Positions 12,701-24,649 of a DNA stretch of 64,000 bases are shown in pieces. Numbering within the stretch: the stretch's first letter is position 1; every line of letters begins with the position of its first letter. Origin of the DNA: Guillardia theta CCMP2712 (taxonomy: Eukaryota > Protista > Cryptophyta); assembly GCF_000315625.1 (NCBI RefSeq), contig NW_005434652.1, positions 488,384 through 552,383 on the forward strand. Direction: 5' to 3'. The notes under the pieces are model-generated. The model made no database searches. It was not told where the DNA came from and saw only the letters and a list, made by a program, of their open reading frames with translations. The translations under genes were made by a program, and so were the position numbers.

Positions 12701-15693
12701 TGAGGGGAGAGGGGAGAGGGGAGAGGGGAGCGAGAGACAAGGACAGTGAAGGGGAGTTGTGTTGTCAGGAATGTGATGGTGATGACGGTGACAGGGGGCA
12801 GCCTTCCATCATTCACATGGAAGATTATGAGATCGGAGATGACTTGGTTTACATGGTGATGGAATGTGGAGAGCAGGTGAAGCTGTCGGAGGAGTTGGAA
12901 TGTTGTCACTGACATGCGGCAGGATCTTGCCCAAGCTCTGCACAAGAGACAAGTCAGCCATCCACCACTAGCTCCTCTTCCTCTTCGTTCTTCTTCCCCT
13001 CCATCTTCCAACTCCTCATCCGACTTCTGCTTCTCCTCCCTCCCCGCACCTTATCTTCCCTTCAGCCCCTTCCTTCACGCACCCCCTGATGATTTTCGTC
13101 TCAACCTCCTGACTGCCATCCCCTGCAGGTCCGCTCGCTCCGAGGGGTTTGGAAGGCGATGCTCGAGGCCGTGCAGGTAGCGCCGCGTCTTCTCCTCCCC
13201 TCGAGCCCCGACCCTCTCGCCAGGTCGTTCACGAGCAGCGAGTGGTGCACGGAGACCTGAAGCCAGCCAACTTCCTCATGGTGAACAAGGAGCTCAAGGT
13301 GCCCTCTCCTTCTCTCCACTTCCCTCCTTTTNNNNNNNNNNNNNNNNNNNNNNNNNNNNNNNNNNNNNNNNNNNNNNNNNNNNNNNNNNNNNNNNNNNNN
13401 NNNNNNNNNNNNNNNNNNNNNNNNNNNNNNNNNNNNNNNNNNNNNNNNNNNNNNNNNNNNNNNNNNNNNNNNNNNNNNNNNNNNNNNNNNNNNNNNNNNN
13501 NNNNNNNNNNNNNNNNNNNNNNNNNNNNNNNNNNNNNNNNNNNNNNNNNNNNNNNNNNNNNNNNNNNNNNNNNNNNNNNNNNNNNNNNNNNNNNNNNNNN
13601 NNNNNNNNNNNNNNNNNNNNNNNNNNNNNNNNNNNNNNNNNNNNNNNNNNNNNNNNNNNNNNNNNNNNNNNNNNNNNNNNNNNNNNNNNNNNNNNNNNNN
13701 NNNNNNNNNNNNNNNNNNNNNNNNNNNNNNNNNNNNNNNNNNNNNNNNNNNNNNNNNNNNNNNNNNNNNNNNNNNNNNNNNNNNNNNNNNNNNNNNNNNN
13801 NNNNNNNNNNNNNNNNNNNNNNNNNNNNNNNNNNNNNNNNNNNNNNNNNNNNNNNNNNNNNNNNNNNNNNNNNNNNNNNNNNNNNNNNNNNNNNNNNNNN
13901 NNNNNNNNNNNNNNNNNNNNNNNNNNNNNNNNNNNNNNNNNNNNNNNNNNNNNNNNNNNNNNNNNNNNNNNNNNNNNNNNNNNNNNNNNNNNNNNNNNNN
14001 NNNNNNNNNNNNNNNNNNNNNNNNNNNNNNNNNNNNNNNNNNNNNNNNNNNNNNNNNNNNNNNNNNNNNNNNNNNNNNNNNNNNNNNNNNNNNNNNNNNN
14101 NNNNNNNNNNNNNNNNNNNNNNNNNNNNNNNNNNNNNNNNNNNNNNNNNNNNNNNNNNNNNGTCCTCCTCCTCCTCCTCCTCCTCCTCCTCCTCCTCCTC
14201 CTCCTCCTCCTCCTCCTCCTTCTCCTCCTCCTCCTCCTCCTCCCTCCCCAACCACCACCACTCATTATCACCTCCTCCTCCTCCTCCTCCTCCTCCTCCT
14301 CCTCCTCCTCCTCCTCCTCCTCCTCCTCCTCCTCCTCCCTCTCCAACACCACCATCATCATCACCACCACCACCACCACCACCACCTCCTCCTCCTCCTC
14401 CTCCTACACCACCAGTACCACCACCATCGCCATCACATCCTCCTCCTCGGCCTTACCACACATCTCAACCTTCCTGCTCCTGCCCGCCTTCCTGAGACTC
14501 TTGTAGGCTATCACGGACAAGAATCACAACATCGACTTCCCAGCCATGGGCCCAAGTGCGCCGGTGGAGAAAGAGGTGAAGGAGACAGAGGGAGGAAGCG
14601 ACAAGCTGACGTCACGAGGCAGTTGATCGACGTCCTCAAGCGAACCCTCGAGCGAGATCCTGCCAAGAGGCCCTCCATCCCTCAGGCAACTCCTCCCTCC
14701 CTCCCTCCCTCCCTCCTCCCTCCCTACTTCTCTCCTCCCATCTCCCTTCTCCCCGCCCTCCTCCCTCCTCCTCGTCGCCACTCTGACGTACCCGACAGCT
14801 CAAGCAGCATCCCTGGCTTGTCCCTCCCAAGTTCGCCCTCGACTCCTACAACATCCTTGTCATGGTTTCTAAGGTCTCTGACTCAGTCCCCGTGCTCCAT
14901 CCTCCCCTATTCTCCTCCCTCCCTCCCTCCCTCCCTCCTCATTGCTCTCCAGGTTCGAGCGCTCCATCGTGAGAACCCCGAGAGGACGGACGAAGACATC
15001 AAAGAGCTTCTCATCCCTCTCATGGAAGCTGCTGGCTTGGCCATCAAGGAGCCTCCTGCTCCTCCTGCGTCGAAATCCGTTCCTTCCGCTTCTGCCGCTC
15101 CTCCTCCTCCTCCTCCTCCTCCTGCCGCTGCTCCACCTGCCCCTCCTCCGCCTGCTGCCCTTCCATCCAAACCTTGCGGTCAACAAGCTCTAGCCCCGTG
15201 AGCAGTTTAAGTTTCCAACTGCTCAGCTGACGTGCGGACAGGAACTCAAGTGCGGGGATCAGAAGCACCGCTCCTCCTCCTCCTCCTCCTCAGTCTCACT
15301 CGTCGAGCTGTGGGCTCGGAGTGTCCGCAGCTGAAGTTCTTGCGCAAAGACACAAGCTCAAGAAAGTTGAGGTAACTCTTGCAGCCTCCCTCTTCCTCTT
15401 CCTCTTCCCCTTCCTCTTCCTCTTCCTCTTCCTCTTTCTGTTCCTCTTCCTGTTCCTCTCCTCCTCCTTCCCTTCCTCTTCCCTTCCCTTCCTCTTCCTC
15501 TTCCTCTTTCTGTTCCTCTTCCTGTTCCTCTCCTCCTCCTTCCCTTCCTCTTCCCCTTCCTCTTCCTCTCCCCCTACCTCTCCTCCTTCCTCTCCCCTCC
15601 TCCTCCCCTTCCTCTCCTCACGAATTGCCTTCACAGCCTGCCCCAAGGCGCCAGCGAGCAGCGGAAGCATGGCAGGGGAGCTCGGGGATCTGA
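9749..15693 (+). CDS. MPS1: Mps1/TTK-type spindle-checkpoint kinase (KEN box, Mad3/Bub1-like TPR, kinase, Pro-rich WH2-like tail); interrupted by an assembly gap
   Basis: Spliced kinase motifs GKGGGGKVYKV, WAIKKI, NEIDLL, YMVMECGEQDL, VVHGDLKPANFLMV and LIDVLKRTLERDPAKRPSIPQLKQHPW are typical of Mps1. The N-terminal part has DKENLPP and LWLYRI...FMRKWHIGRKCAAVYIQQ...GKENGAQP. The 3' end is uncertain. Confidence 0.8.
13332..14161. other. Assembly gap (N run) within the Mps1 kinase gene
   Basis: Run of N flanked by (CCT)n microsatellite. It hides the DFG/APE region of the kinase. Confidence 0.99.
14163..14450. repeat. (CCT)n/(CCA)n trinucleotide microsatellite, intronic
   Basis: Long pure CCT runs followed by CCA runs, directly visible. 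Confidence 0.95.
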
Positions 15694-15854
15694 TCAAGTA
15701 CGGGCTGGAGAGCATCAGGGCAGGAGTAGCGGATGAGAGCACAGGAGAGCACTCGGGGAAGACATGGGAGTTCACCTCGGAGTTCTCGAGCGGGGGGGGA
15801 TATGAACCCCAATTGCTCCGAATGAAAGAGGAGGCAGAAACATGCTCCAAGTTT

Positions 15855-18800
15855 TTACTTGCAGGTTCTGGGCCCTGTTACTTCCTCCTCCTCCTCCTCC
15901 TCCTCCTCCTCCGTATCTTTCTCCTCACTCTGCCACTGCCCCACCTTCTTGAGCATGTGGGAGTACTTGTCCACGAGGGCTGGCTGCTTCAGTCGCTTGT
16001 AGATGGCGACCAGCTGGGTCAGCGCATCCTTCCTCTCCGCCTCTGAGGGCTGCACTTCATGCTCCAACACCTGCGTCCTCGTCAACAGCGGCAGCACTCA
16101 ACCTCCCCTCCTCTCTCCGCTCCTTTCATTCCTCCCCTCCCCTCCACTCTCCTCTCCTCCCTCCCTCCGCACCTGCCGACAAGCTTCGGCGGCAGCAGGT
16201 AGGTCGTTCTCTCCCAGGCACGTCTGGGCGAGGAGGAGGTGAAGCGCCGCACGGTTGCTCGTCTCGAGGGCTCTGCGGAGGGTGGAGGACGCGAGGCTGA
16301 AGATGCCGGCCTTGACCTGCAGCCTCGCCATCTGCTCTAGGATGAAAGTCCCTACGGGGAACGTCTCTGACGTCGATAGCCCCAGCTTGAGCGCCTGCTG
16401 CAGGGCCAGCTCGCTCTCGTCCGGTTTCCCGGCCTCCATGGCGATCACCGAGAGCATCCCCCACACCTGCGGGTTCGACGGGTCGAGGATGTTCGCCTCA
16501 CACAGCGCCTCCTCAGCCTGCCCGAGCTCGTTCTGCTTGTAGCAGGCGAGGCCCAGGGCCAGCCAGGAGGAGGCGGAGGGGAGGAGCTTGCACGCCTTGA
16601 TCGCCACATCCTTGGCCTCGTAGAACTTGCCGGTCCACAGGTAGAGGCGGCAGAGCCGGAGGTACTGCAGGGGCTCGAGGTTGGGGCTGCGCTGACCCAT
16701 CGCTTTCTCGTAGAAGCTCATGACCTCCTTGCCCGACGAGCTCGCGGGCTTGTCGCAGCTCAGCGTGTCCCAGCGGCCCTCGAGGAAGAGCGCATGCCCC
16801 AACAGCGTCATGGCGACCGCGTGCCTCTTGTCCTTGCCCAAGATGCCGTCGGGGGGCAGCAGCATCTCCTTGACCCTCTCCAGCTGCCGGACTGACAAGT
16901 AGGTCTTCGCCAGCAGGATCTCAAACTCCTGGCTGGGCCCGTTCTTGACAAGGTCCTGTCAACGAGGCTCAGGTGGGGCCTTGCTGAATCTTCCTGTACC
17001 TGAGCAGCTGCTCTCTCCACGAGTTGCACTGCATGCAGCTCGGAGGCGAAGAGTCCGCGCGGATGTAGGCGCTGCAGCAGCAGCGTAAGAGGNNNNNNNN
17101 NNNNNNNNNNNNNNNNNNNNNNNNNNNNNNNNNNNNNNNNNNNNNNNNNNNNNNNNNNNNNNNNNNNNNNNNNNNNNNNNNNNNNNNNNNNNNNNNNNNN
17201 NNNNNNNNNNNNNNNNNNNNNNNNNNNNNNNNNNNNNNNNNNNNNNNNNNNNNNNNNNNNNNNNNNNNNNNNNNNNNNNNNNNNNNNNNNNNNNNNNNNN
17301 NNNNNNNNNNNNNNNNNNNNNNNNNNNNNNNNNNNNNNNNNNNNNNNNNNNNNNNNNNNNNNNNNNNNNNNNNNNNNNNNNNNNNNNNNNNNNNNNNNNN
17401 NNNNNNNNNNNNNNNNNNNNNNNNNNNNNNNNNNNNNNNNNNNNNNNNNNNNNNNNNNNNNNNNNNNNNNNNNNNNNNNNNNNNNNNNNNGGAGGAGGAG
17501 GAGGAGGAGGAGGAGAGAGAGAGAGAGAGAGAGGGTGAGCTGGAGGAGGAGGAGGAAGGGGGGGGGGGGGGAGGAAGTGGAGGTGGCAGTGGACAAGGAG
17601 GAGGAGGAGAAGCGACCTTGAAGTAAGTCTCTGCATCGGCATATCGATTCATAGTGCACAGCAGGACTCCGTAGCTCATGAGCGCCTGGATATGTCGGGG
17701 GTCGAGCATGAGCGCCTCTCGCAGGCACTCCTCCGCCTTCTCAGGCATGCCAGCGCGGATGCAGAAGGTCCCGTAGTCGAACCAGAGGACGGCGTCGGAG
17801 GCGTCGGTGATGATGCGCTGGTTGAGGTGGGAGGCAGCAAGGTGGAGATCCTGGTTCATTTCTGCCTCGATCGCCAGCCTCATCTGCTCCCTCAGGTACT
17901 TCTTCTTGGCTTCTTCCGAGCGCTCGACGGCTGAGATCTTCTTCGGGGGGCAAGACCTTGTTGAGGTTGCTGTTCATGAGCTCTTGCAGGTAGACGTACA
18001 GCTGGGAGATGAACTGGAGCAGGGTGAGAGTAAGAGAGAGGAGAGCGGATCAGATGGAGGAGGAGGAGGAGGAGGAGAGGTAGGAAGGAGGAGGAGGAGA
18101 AGGAGGAGGAGGAGGAGGAGGAGGAGAGGTAGGAAGGAGGAAGGGGAGGGGGAGGGGGAGGAAGTAGAGGGATAGGAGGAGGAAAGTGGAGGAAGACGCC
18201 ATCACCTTCTTTCCTTCCTCCGACGTCGCATCAAGACCTGACTTGTGAAATTTCTCATGAATCAGGCGAACGATGCTCTTCTTCAGTCTCTCCTTGTAGT
18301 CATAGTACTTCCCAGATGAGTTCAGATGAAAGATAGCCTGCAGGAAAGTAGCCGGTCAACACCAAGGTGCGACACTGATGATGCAGGATGCATTTCTGTG
18401 GGGGAGGAGGAGGGGATGAAGAGAGGGGGTGGGGGGAGAGAGGAGGAGGAGGAGGAATACGTCTTGCCCAACCTGCTGTCGTCTTGCCTCCATCCCTTCC
18501 GCTGAGATGTTGGAGCTGACTTCGCCGAGGAACATCTCATGGTACTCGTCCGCCAACTGGTAGATGATCTCCTTGACATCGTCGCCGAACTGATCGGCAG
18601 CTGACAGTGGTTTCTCAACCACATCCACGGGAGGCCGGGTAGGGAGCAAGTCCCCGACTTTGGGCAGGACGGGTGGAGGAGGCTTCGGCTTCTCGAAGAG
18701 CGGGTTCAGCAGCTCGATCTCCAGCAGGAGGTAGGTCTCAGCGAGCAGGTAAGGATTCGCGTCCTCGTCCTCCTCAGGCTCCCCACCAGGTGGAGGACAG

Positions 18801-20380
18801 GCCTCGAGCTCCTCCGGGGTCGGCCGCGCGTAATCGTCCGCAGGCTGGACGGCACAGCGGCAGACGACCTTGGTCTCTCCGGGCACCAGCAACTTGTCGC
18901 AGTCCACGTAGACAACACCGTGATACTTCTTGGCGTACACGTAGTCCTCCCCACTCCGCAGCTGCCTCCTAAGATCGATGGACAGAGCGTTGCGACTCGA
19001 GAGCATCTTGAACGGCAAGGGTCAGACCCCTTCCAAATTCCCTTTCCCCTCACCTTCTTCAGGTTGCTCGTCGCCGATCCACGAATGACTCCCCGGTGCT
19101 GGTGATCGAAGACTATACGCGCATCTGTCTTCTCGTTCCTTGCAAACACCTGATCGGCAGATGAGATACTTTCACTGCCAGACAAGCCCGAGAACCCGTT
19201 ACCCACCTTGGACTCAGTCCGTTGGATTTCAAACGTCTCATCATCTTCCTCCTCTTTCTCCACTTTCTCCCCCCCTTCCTTCGTTTCTTGACCTTGCTCT
19301 GCATTTTCAGGCTCTGCAGGCTCGGCGCCTGCCTTGGCGATCGCCCTTCCAGGCTCTGCCTTGAGCTCGAGGATTTGATCCTCCCCTGGCAACGAGTAGA
19401 GCAGCGAGTAGATGTAGTCGTGAGCGTCCTCCTGCTTGTCCTCGCTGGGGCCCCACAGCGGCGGCAGCTGGTGCAGGGAATGAAGTTTGACGGAGAGCAG
19501 GTTGAGGCTGGGCAGCTCGTCAGGGGGAACGAGCATCTCCGACAGCGCAATCTTGATGAAGACCTGTCAAAGCAAGTCAACTCAACCACGAGCTCCCTGC
19601 TCCCCATCACCGCGGCCTCTGCCGGGAAGGAGTCTCCCTCGCCGCCCTCCTCCCCCCGCACGAGGGGATACCATCCTTGGACGAAAGACCCAGGGTGACC
19701 GGGGAGGAACTCCTCTTCGTCTGGGTCATCAGGGGTGGGTTCTTGCTTCCATACAAGGTGCTTCAGGGGCACAACGACTTTAGCTGGTGCCGCGAGACCT
19801 GAAGAGGCCGTGAGCAGGAGGGGCGAGGAGCAGCTTCATTGCCTTCCACTGTGAACTCGATCGGCTCCGTGATGAGCTTGAAGAGCAGGTAGTCCGACAC
19901 AGCAGGGACCTTGAACTCAGCTTGGAAATCGTACTTGTGCTCTGTGCCGGGTTGTGGGGATTCGAACTCAGTTGTCGAGCCTGATAACCAGGGAGACTAA
20001 GGTAAGAGAAGAGTAGAGGGAAGGACAAGCAAGGGCTCGATACCAGCTACCAGCCCTAAGGTTTCAGATTCCTCCGATTCACCCTCAATGAGCTGAAGGG
20101 GGGAAGGCAACAACACCGTCAGGCACAAGCCTATCGCCAACACAAGCACGCTGGACCTCGTCCTTGACGAGCGTGTATCTGAATGAGACCTTGGATGTCG
20201 AGTCCTCCGGGAGACCCCGACATGACCTGATGTAGACGTTCAACTTCCTGTAGGAAGAGCTTGTGCCGTCTGCACAACAGGGTCAACAAGTACTGGCATG
20301 TTGCTCTTCGTTTCCTGCACACCTTCTGGTGACTCGTTGGGCACGGCCTCTGTCTCGGGGGCTTCACCCTCCCCGGACAT
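15855..20380 (-). CDS. CFAP70: Cilia- and flagella-associated protein 70 (TTC18), TPR protein
   Basis: Spliced motifs NSSGKYYDYKERLKKSIVRLIHEKF, LWFDYGTFCIRAGMPEKAEECLREAL and SASSWLALGLACY...AEEALCEANILDPSNPQVWG match the CFAP70 family. Start MSGEGEAPE at 20380. Contains an N gap. Confidence 0.85.
17093..17490. other. Assembly gap (N run) in the CFAP70 gene
   Basis: Run of N flanked by GGA/GA repeats. Confidence 0.99.
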
Positions 20381-20679
20381 CTCAGAGAAGAGATCTGCCG
20401 TTACCACGAAGAAGTCAATTCAGGTTCGAAAGTGCATTCCGCGGGGTACAGCGGTATCGAAACCTCTGTATGCTCCTATTTTTCGATTCCATGCTTACTT
20501 TCCTGATGCGTATTGGTATCCTCCCTAAAATTCCTAGGTTTGCTGCCTCCTTAACTACCCCACGACATCGTTCACCCTTGATTTGTTCATTGTCAACCTT
20601 GCAGTTTGACGTCCTTGACCTTTCCTTCATGGTTTCCCTTATCATTCCTCCACACCTCCTCCATACTACTCATCGTTTC

Positions 20680-20742
20680 CTCTCTGTCTCTCTGTCTCTG
20701 TCTCTCTGTCTCTCTGTCTCTCTGTCTCTCTGTCTCTCTGTC
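20680..20742. repeat. (CTCTGTCT)n simple repeat
   Basis: Tandem CTCTGTCT/CTGTCT units visible. Confidence 0.9.
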
Positions 20743-21374
20743 TTTCCGTCTCCTCTCCTCCTCCTTCCTGGCTTCCGCAGTTCCTCTCCTTCGCCTGCAT
20801 TCAACGATTTCAACGCACACCCCAAACTTTGCAACGAAACTTCGAACAATTAGAGCTAAACTTTGCACTTTCAAACTTTCCGAACTGAGCGGCCGGGCCC
20901 CGGCCCTGTGACCGGGCGCGGCCGGGCGCTGCAGCCGCGGCCTCCGAATCACCCTTTACTCAAACTTAATCACAGTAGTATAGTGCGTAGGCCCGGCCGT
21001 CGAGTCTCAGAGCGCCGAGGCCAAGTCCGGATCCCTCATCGGGATGACGCCCGGCCATTCAAGACCCGGCCCGGGCAGTGCCACGGTTCAACGGTTGACG
21101 CCGGGTTGAGTGAGTGGCCGCTGGCATTGCCGCTGAATCACGGCGGCCGCCAGCTCATATCGTCACAATCAACCTCTTCAAATTTCTCATATGATAATTC
21201 ATTCCAATTACAAGTAGGATCACGATCACAACTACGCGGCAGCGCCGGATTGCCACGCCCCGGGCCCGCCACCAGGATCATCGATCATCATCGGATTTCG
21301 TATCAGTGAGCACCATGATGCAATCATGTTGAAAAATTCCGAGCATCACAGTGTCAAGTTTTCTAACGCGCCAG

Positions 21375-22770
21375 TTAGATTCTATATCGTTGAAGTTCTT
21401 TGGACGTGAATTCCTCGCTGTCTCCATCCTCGTACTGTATCATGTACAGCTTCGCTGCTGCATCGTAAGACACGACCTTCCCAGTGAATTCTTGCATTCT
21501 GTTCTTCACAAGGAAGCCTTTGCGGACCTTGGTGCCTATCATAGAGATGATCTTCTCGGGGGTCTTGCTGACCTTAGGCCTTTTGCCTCTCCTCGAAGTC
21601 TCAGGCTTCTCAGAGTTCTCCATCTTCATCGACAAGCGCTTTCCTCTCAACGTGCTGGCGATCTCCAGCTCCTCGACAGCTGGGTTCTTGATCTCAGCCT
21701 CACGATCGGAGTCGTCCACGTCATCAATGGCGAATTCGTTCCTCTTGTTGATGCTAGAAGGTGACTGCTTCTGCTTGTCTTTGCTCGATTCCGACGATTG
21801 CCTTTTCAGCAGCCCGCTGAAACTCTTGCCGGGACTCTTGGAGTTGGAGTACTTCCTTCCTCCGACCCTCTCTCTTACCTTTCCCGTAGAAAGTCCGGGG
21901 CTACCATCCTTCACGGAATCTCCAGGGCTCCCAAGGGCAAGCAAGCTCGGAGAAACCGCAGTTGTGTTCTTCACGTTCTCAATAAACTTTTCTTTGACGG
22001 TCTTCCTGGATTTCTCCGGAGTCATCTCACGGGCACGGGCTTCAAGAGCGTTCCTCATCACCGCCATAAGAACCTCTTTTCCTTCCCGGTCACCACTCTC
22101 CTCAAAGAGCTTGTCGTGAATGCTCCGAAGCAATTCATTTGCCTTCTTCCCCAGAGCTCGCAATGGCATGTTGTACTTGTTTTTGCACTGTAGACACTCT
22201 ACCACTGATGTCTTCGTGCCCAGATCCGCATTAGTACACAGGCAGCACAACCTTCGCTCACTTCCATTTTCGCTCGAATCCTTGTTTTTGAGTCCACATT
22301 TCATTGGATTCTTGGAGCTCGGCTCGACCCGAATGTTGCATTGGGAACAGTCATATTGTGGAAGTGGCTGATTGGACAACTTAGAGCCCATGGTTGTTGC
22401 CCTGCAAGAAATAGAATCAATACAGTGCTTGGGACAAAAACCTATCGTACGAAATCCTGCTGTATGAAAATGCACTGCGATTCTTGATGTACACACTCTC
22501 CGCTGCGTATCTTAGACATAATCTTGAGAAGTTCTCTGAATTCACTGTCTCAAACTCGACCTTTCCATCCTCCTTAGTGCAACTCTTGTCCAAACAGAAA
22601 ATCCTCCTCGCCTCTGTTGCTACACCTCATGCTTGTTCCTAGACGCGTTCACACATGCAATCTCTTCTAGTTCTTGTATCTCTGTGGAGAAGGGCATGAC
22701 GCCTTATAATCTCTTCCTGCCTGCCTTCCTGCCTGCCTTCCTGCCTGCCTTCCTGCCTTCCTGCCTGCCT

Positions 22771-22811
<41 letters not shown>

Positions 22812-22972
22812 CGTGTCATGCTTCCACTCATTCCCATCCCACATGAATGTGATAGCCTCTCAGATTCAAATCGAAAGAAGCAACTCCAGTCCGCCTCAGA
22901 GTGTCACTTGGGATCTGCGGAAGACAGCAAATCCACTCTCTCCGCCAGCCTCGGAAATGGCACCGGCGCCAT
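21375..22972 (-). CDS. Nuclear protein with a Cys-rich (PHD/RING-like) zinc finger and a C-terminal Tudor-like domain
   Basis: CSQC...C...CCLC...CLQC cluster, basic NLS-like segments, and the C-terminal IGTKVRKGF...FTGKVVSYDAAAKLYMIQYEDGDSEEF of PTM/DIR17-type Tudor domains. The 5' exons and start are uncertain. Confidence 0.7.
22715..22811. repeat. (CCTG/CCTT)n tetranucleotide repeat, intronic
   Basis: Directly visible tandem repeat. Confidence 0.9.
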
Positions 22973-23142
22973 GGAAGATTCAAGCCCAGGCAATGAGCGA
23001 GGATGCGGGGAGACAGGGTTGCAGGAGCATGAGCAGAGTCAGGAACATGAGAATGGGAAGGGTAAAGGGTTTGAGGAGGAGGGGCGTGCCTAGGGCGGGG
23101 CGGGGCGGGGCGGGAAGAAGGGAGACAATGTAAGGGAAACGG

Positions 23143-24176
23143 ATGGGAAAGGGCTTGTCTGTCGAGCTTCAAGCACTTGATTCACGTCTGATCAACGCAG
23201 CAGAACTTGAGCTGGATCGTTCTCGCGGTTGTGATTTCCTTCCCGATACGGATAATCAGGCAGGCAAACTCGGTGAGCAGCGACGAGCAGGCGGAGGCAA
23301 GCTGGACGAGTGATAAGGTGGGGCTCAGGTGGACCTGATCGGGCAGATCATAGCCCTCGGCTGCTCCGTCCTCGTCAACATGATCCTGTGGATCGGGATG
23401 GCGCGGGGGGAGCCGAGCTCACGTCACCTTGCAGGTGTGCAACGCAGGTGGTCACCGTCGTCAACTTGTACGAGTACTCCAAGGACCATATGTGACCCTG
23501 CCATTGCTGTGCTGCCACGTGGCGCTGAGATGGTGCCTGCGAAGAAACCACTTCGACGTCGAGAAGTCTCTTTCAAGGCTGCTCTTTCCTGAGCAGGTCC
23601 TGCAGGCAAGACCGAACGGGCGTCTTCCTTCCCGCGTTTAACGTGTTGAAACAAGATCGTCCTGACCATGCTGCATCTGTGGAACGGGACGTGGACGCAT
23701 GCGATACTTCAGGTGAACCGACAGGCGAAGAAAGCCTGCTTGCTCTGTTAAAGCAAGTGGCCGGAGGTGTTTCACTGTTTGTCCTCAGCTTCCTCTGGCT
23801 CTTTGGCATTGCGCCTGTATTCTCTCTGGACGGCCTCCAATCCATGCTGTGCTAGGGTGCTCCGTTGACGATGCTGATGAAACCGATTGATCTGAAGGTT
23901 GCTCACAGCGAGGGGCGAAAGTTTGATGAGCAAGTTCAGAGGATGAAGAAGTTCAACATACTCAAGGTGAATAGCTCGCACTCATCTCTCGTGAAGTCTG
24001 ATACCGCACTCGCAGGCAGCTCTCTATTGTGCCTCCATGATCTATGGCATCGTCGCCCTCTGTCCGTTGATCATACAGGTGACGTCATCACTTCGAGTTC
24101 TTCACTCGCAGACTTTTGCTTGCACCACAGGGGATCATGGGAAGTAACGCGTTCAAGGCCGTCTTGCACGCTCTGA
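23143..24176 (+). CDS. Hypothetical multi-exon membrane protein
   Basis: Coding-like segments separated by short GT-AG introns, with hydrophobic stretches (LIGQIIALGCSVLVNMILWIGM; ALYCASMIYGIVALCPLII). No family recognised. Confidence 0.4.
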
Positions 24177-24649
24177 GGAGCAATTACATACCGAATCATT
24201 TATCCGGATAACAGGAGACCCTCATTATATAGTCACGGGGGTTCATCGCTGAGAGATTATCATGCAATGTTATCATGCAATTTACTTGGGGGACTCTTTT
24301 TTTGACAGAAAACAGTCCCGGGGAAGCTTTTTGATGCAGGATCCTGTGCGTTCGTACACTTCGCAAGTTTGCGTATCGCACAGACCAAACCTCTTTACTT
24401 GACCTCCATGGGATTGCCAAGCTCCGATTCCTTTGAGGGCGATCCGAAGAGGACCAGTTGTGTTATGGACGGTACAGCAGAGATTGCAAGACGGAGATTG
24501 CCAATATTCAGTGGCGGGATGACAAACCAAGCACCATGTAAATAGACCAAAACTGATTATGTGTCAGGTTTTGTTTAAAATCATAAATTTCCATTCAGTC
24601 TTGAAATACAAAATCTCTTCTCTAGTATCCTCTACAGTATGTTCACTAA

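Noticed and set aside
13101-14495. Long ORFs of X, poly-E, poly-G and poly-P
   Set aside because: Artefacts of the N gap and (CCT)n repeats.
15381-15620. FLFLFL / KRKRKR ORFs and a ~60-bp duplicated unit
   Set aside because: Intronic (CTCTTC)n low-complexity sequence with a local duplication. Not coding and not a CRISPR array.
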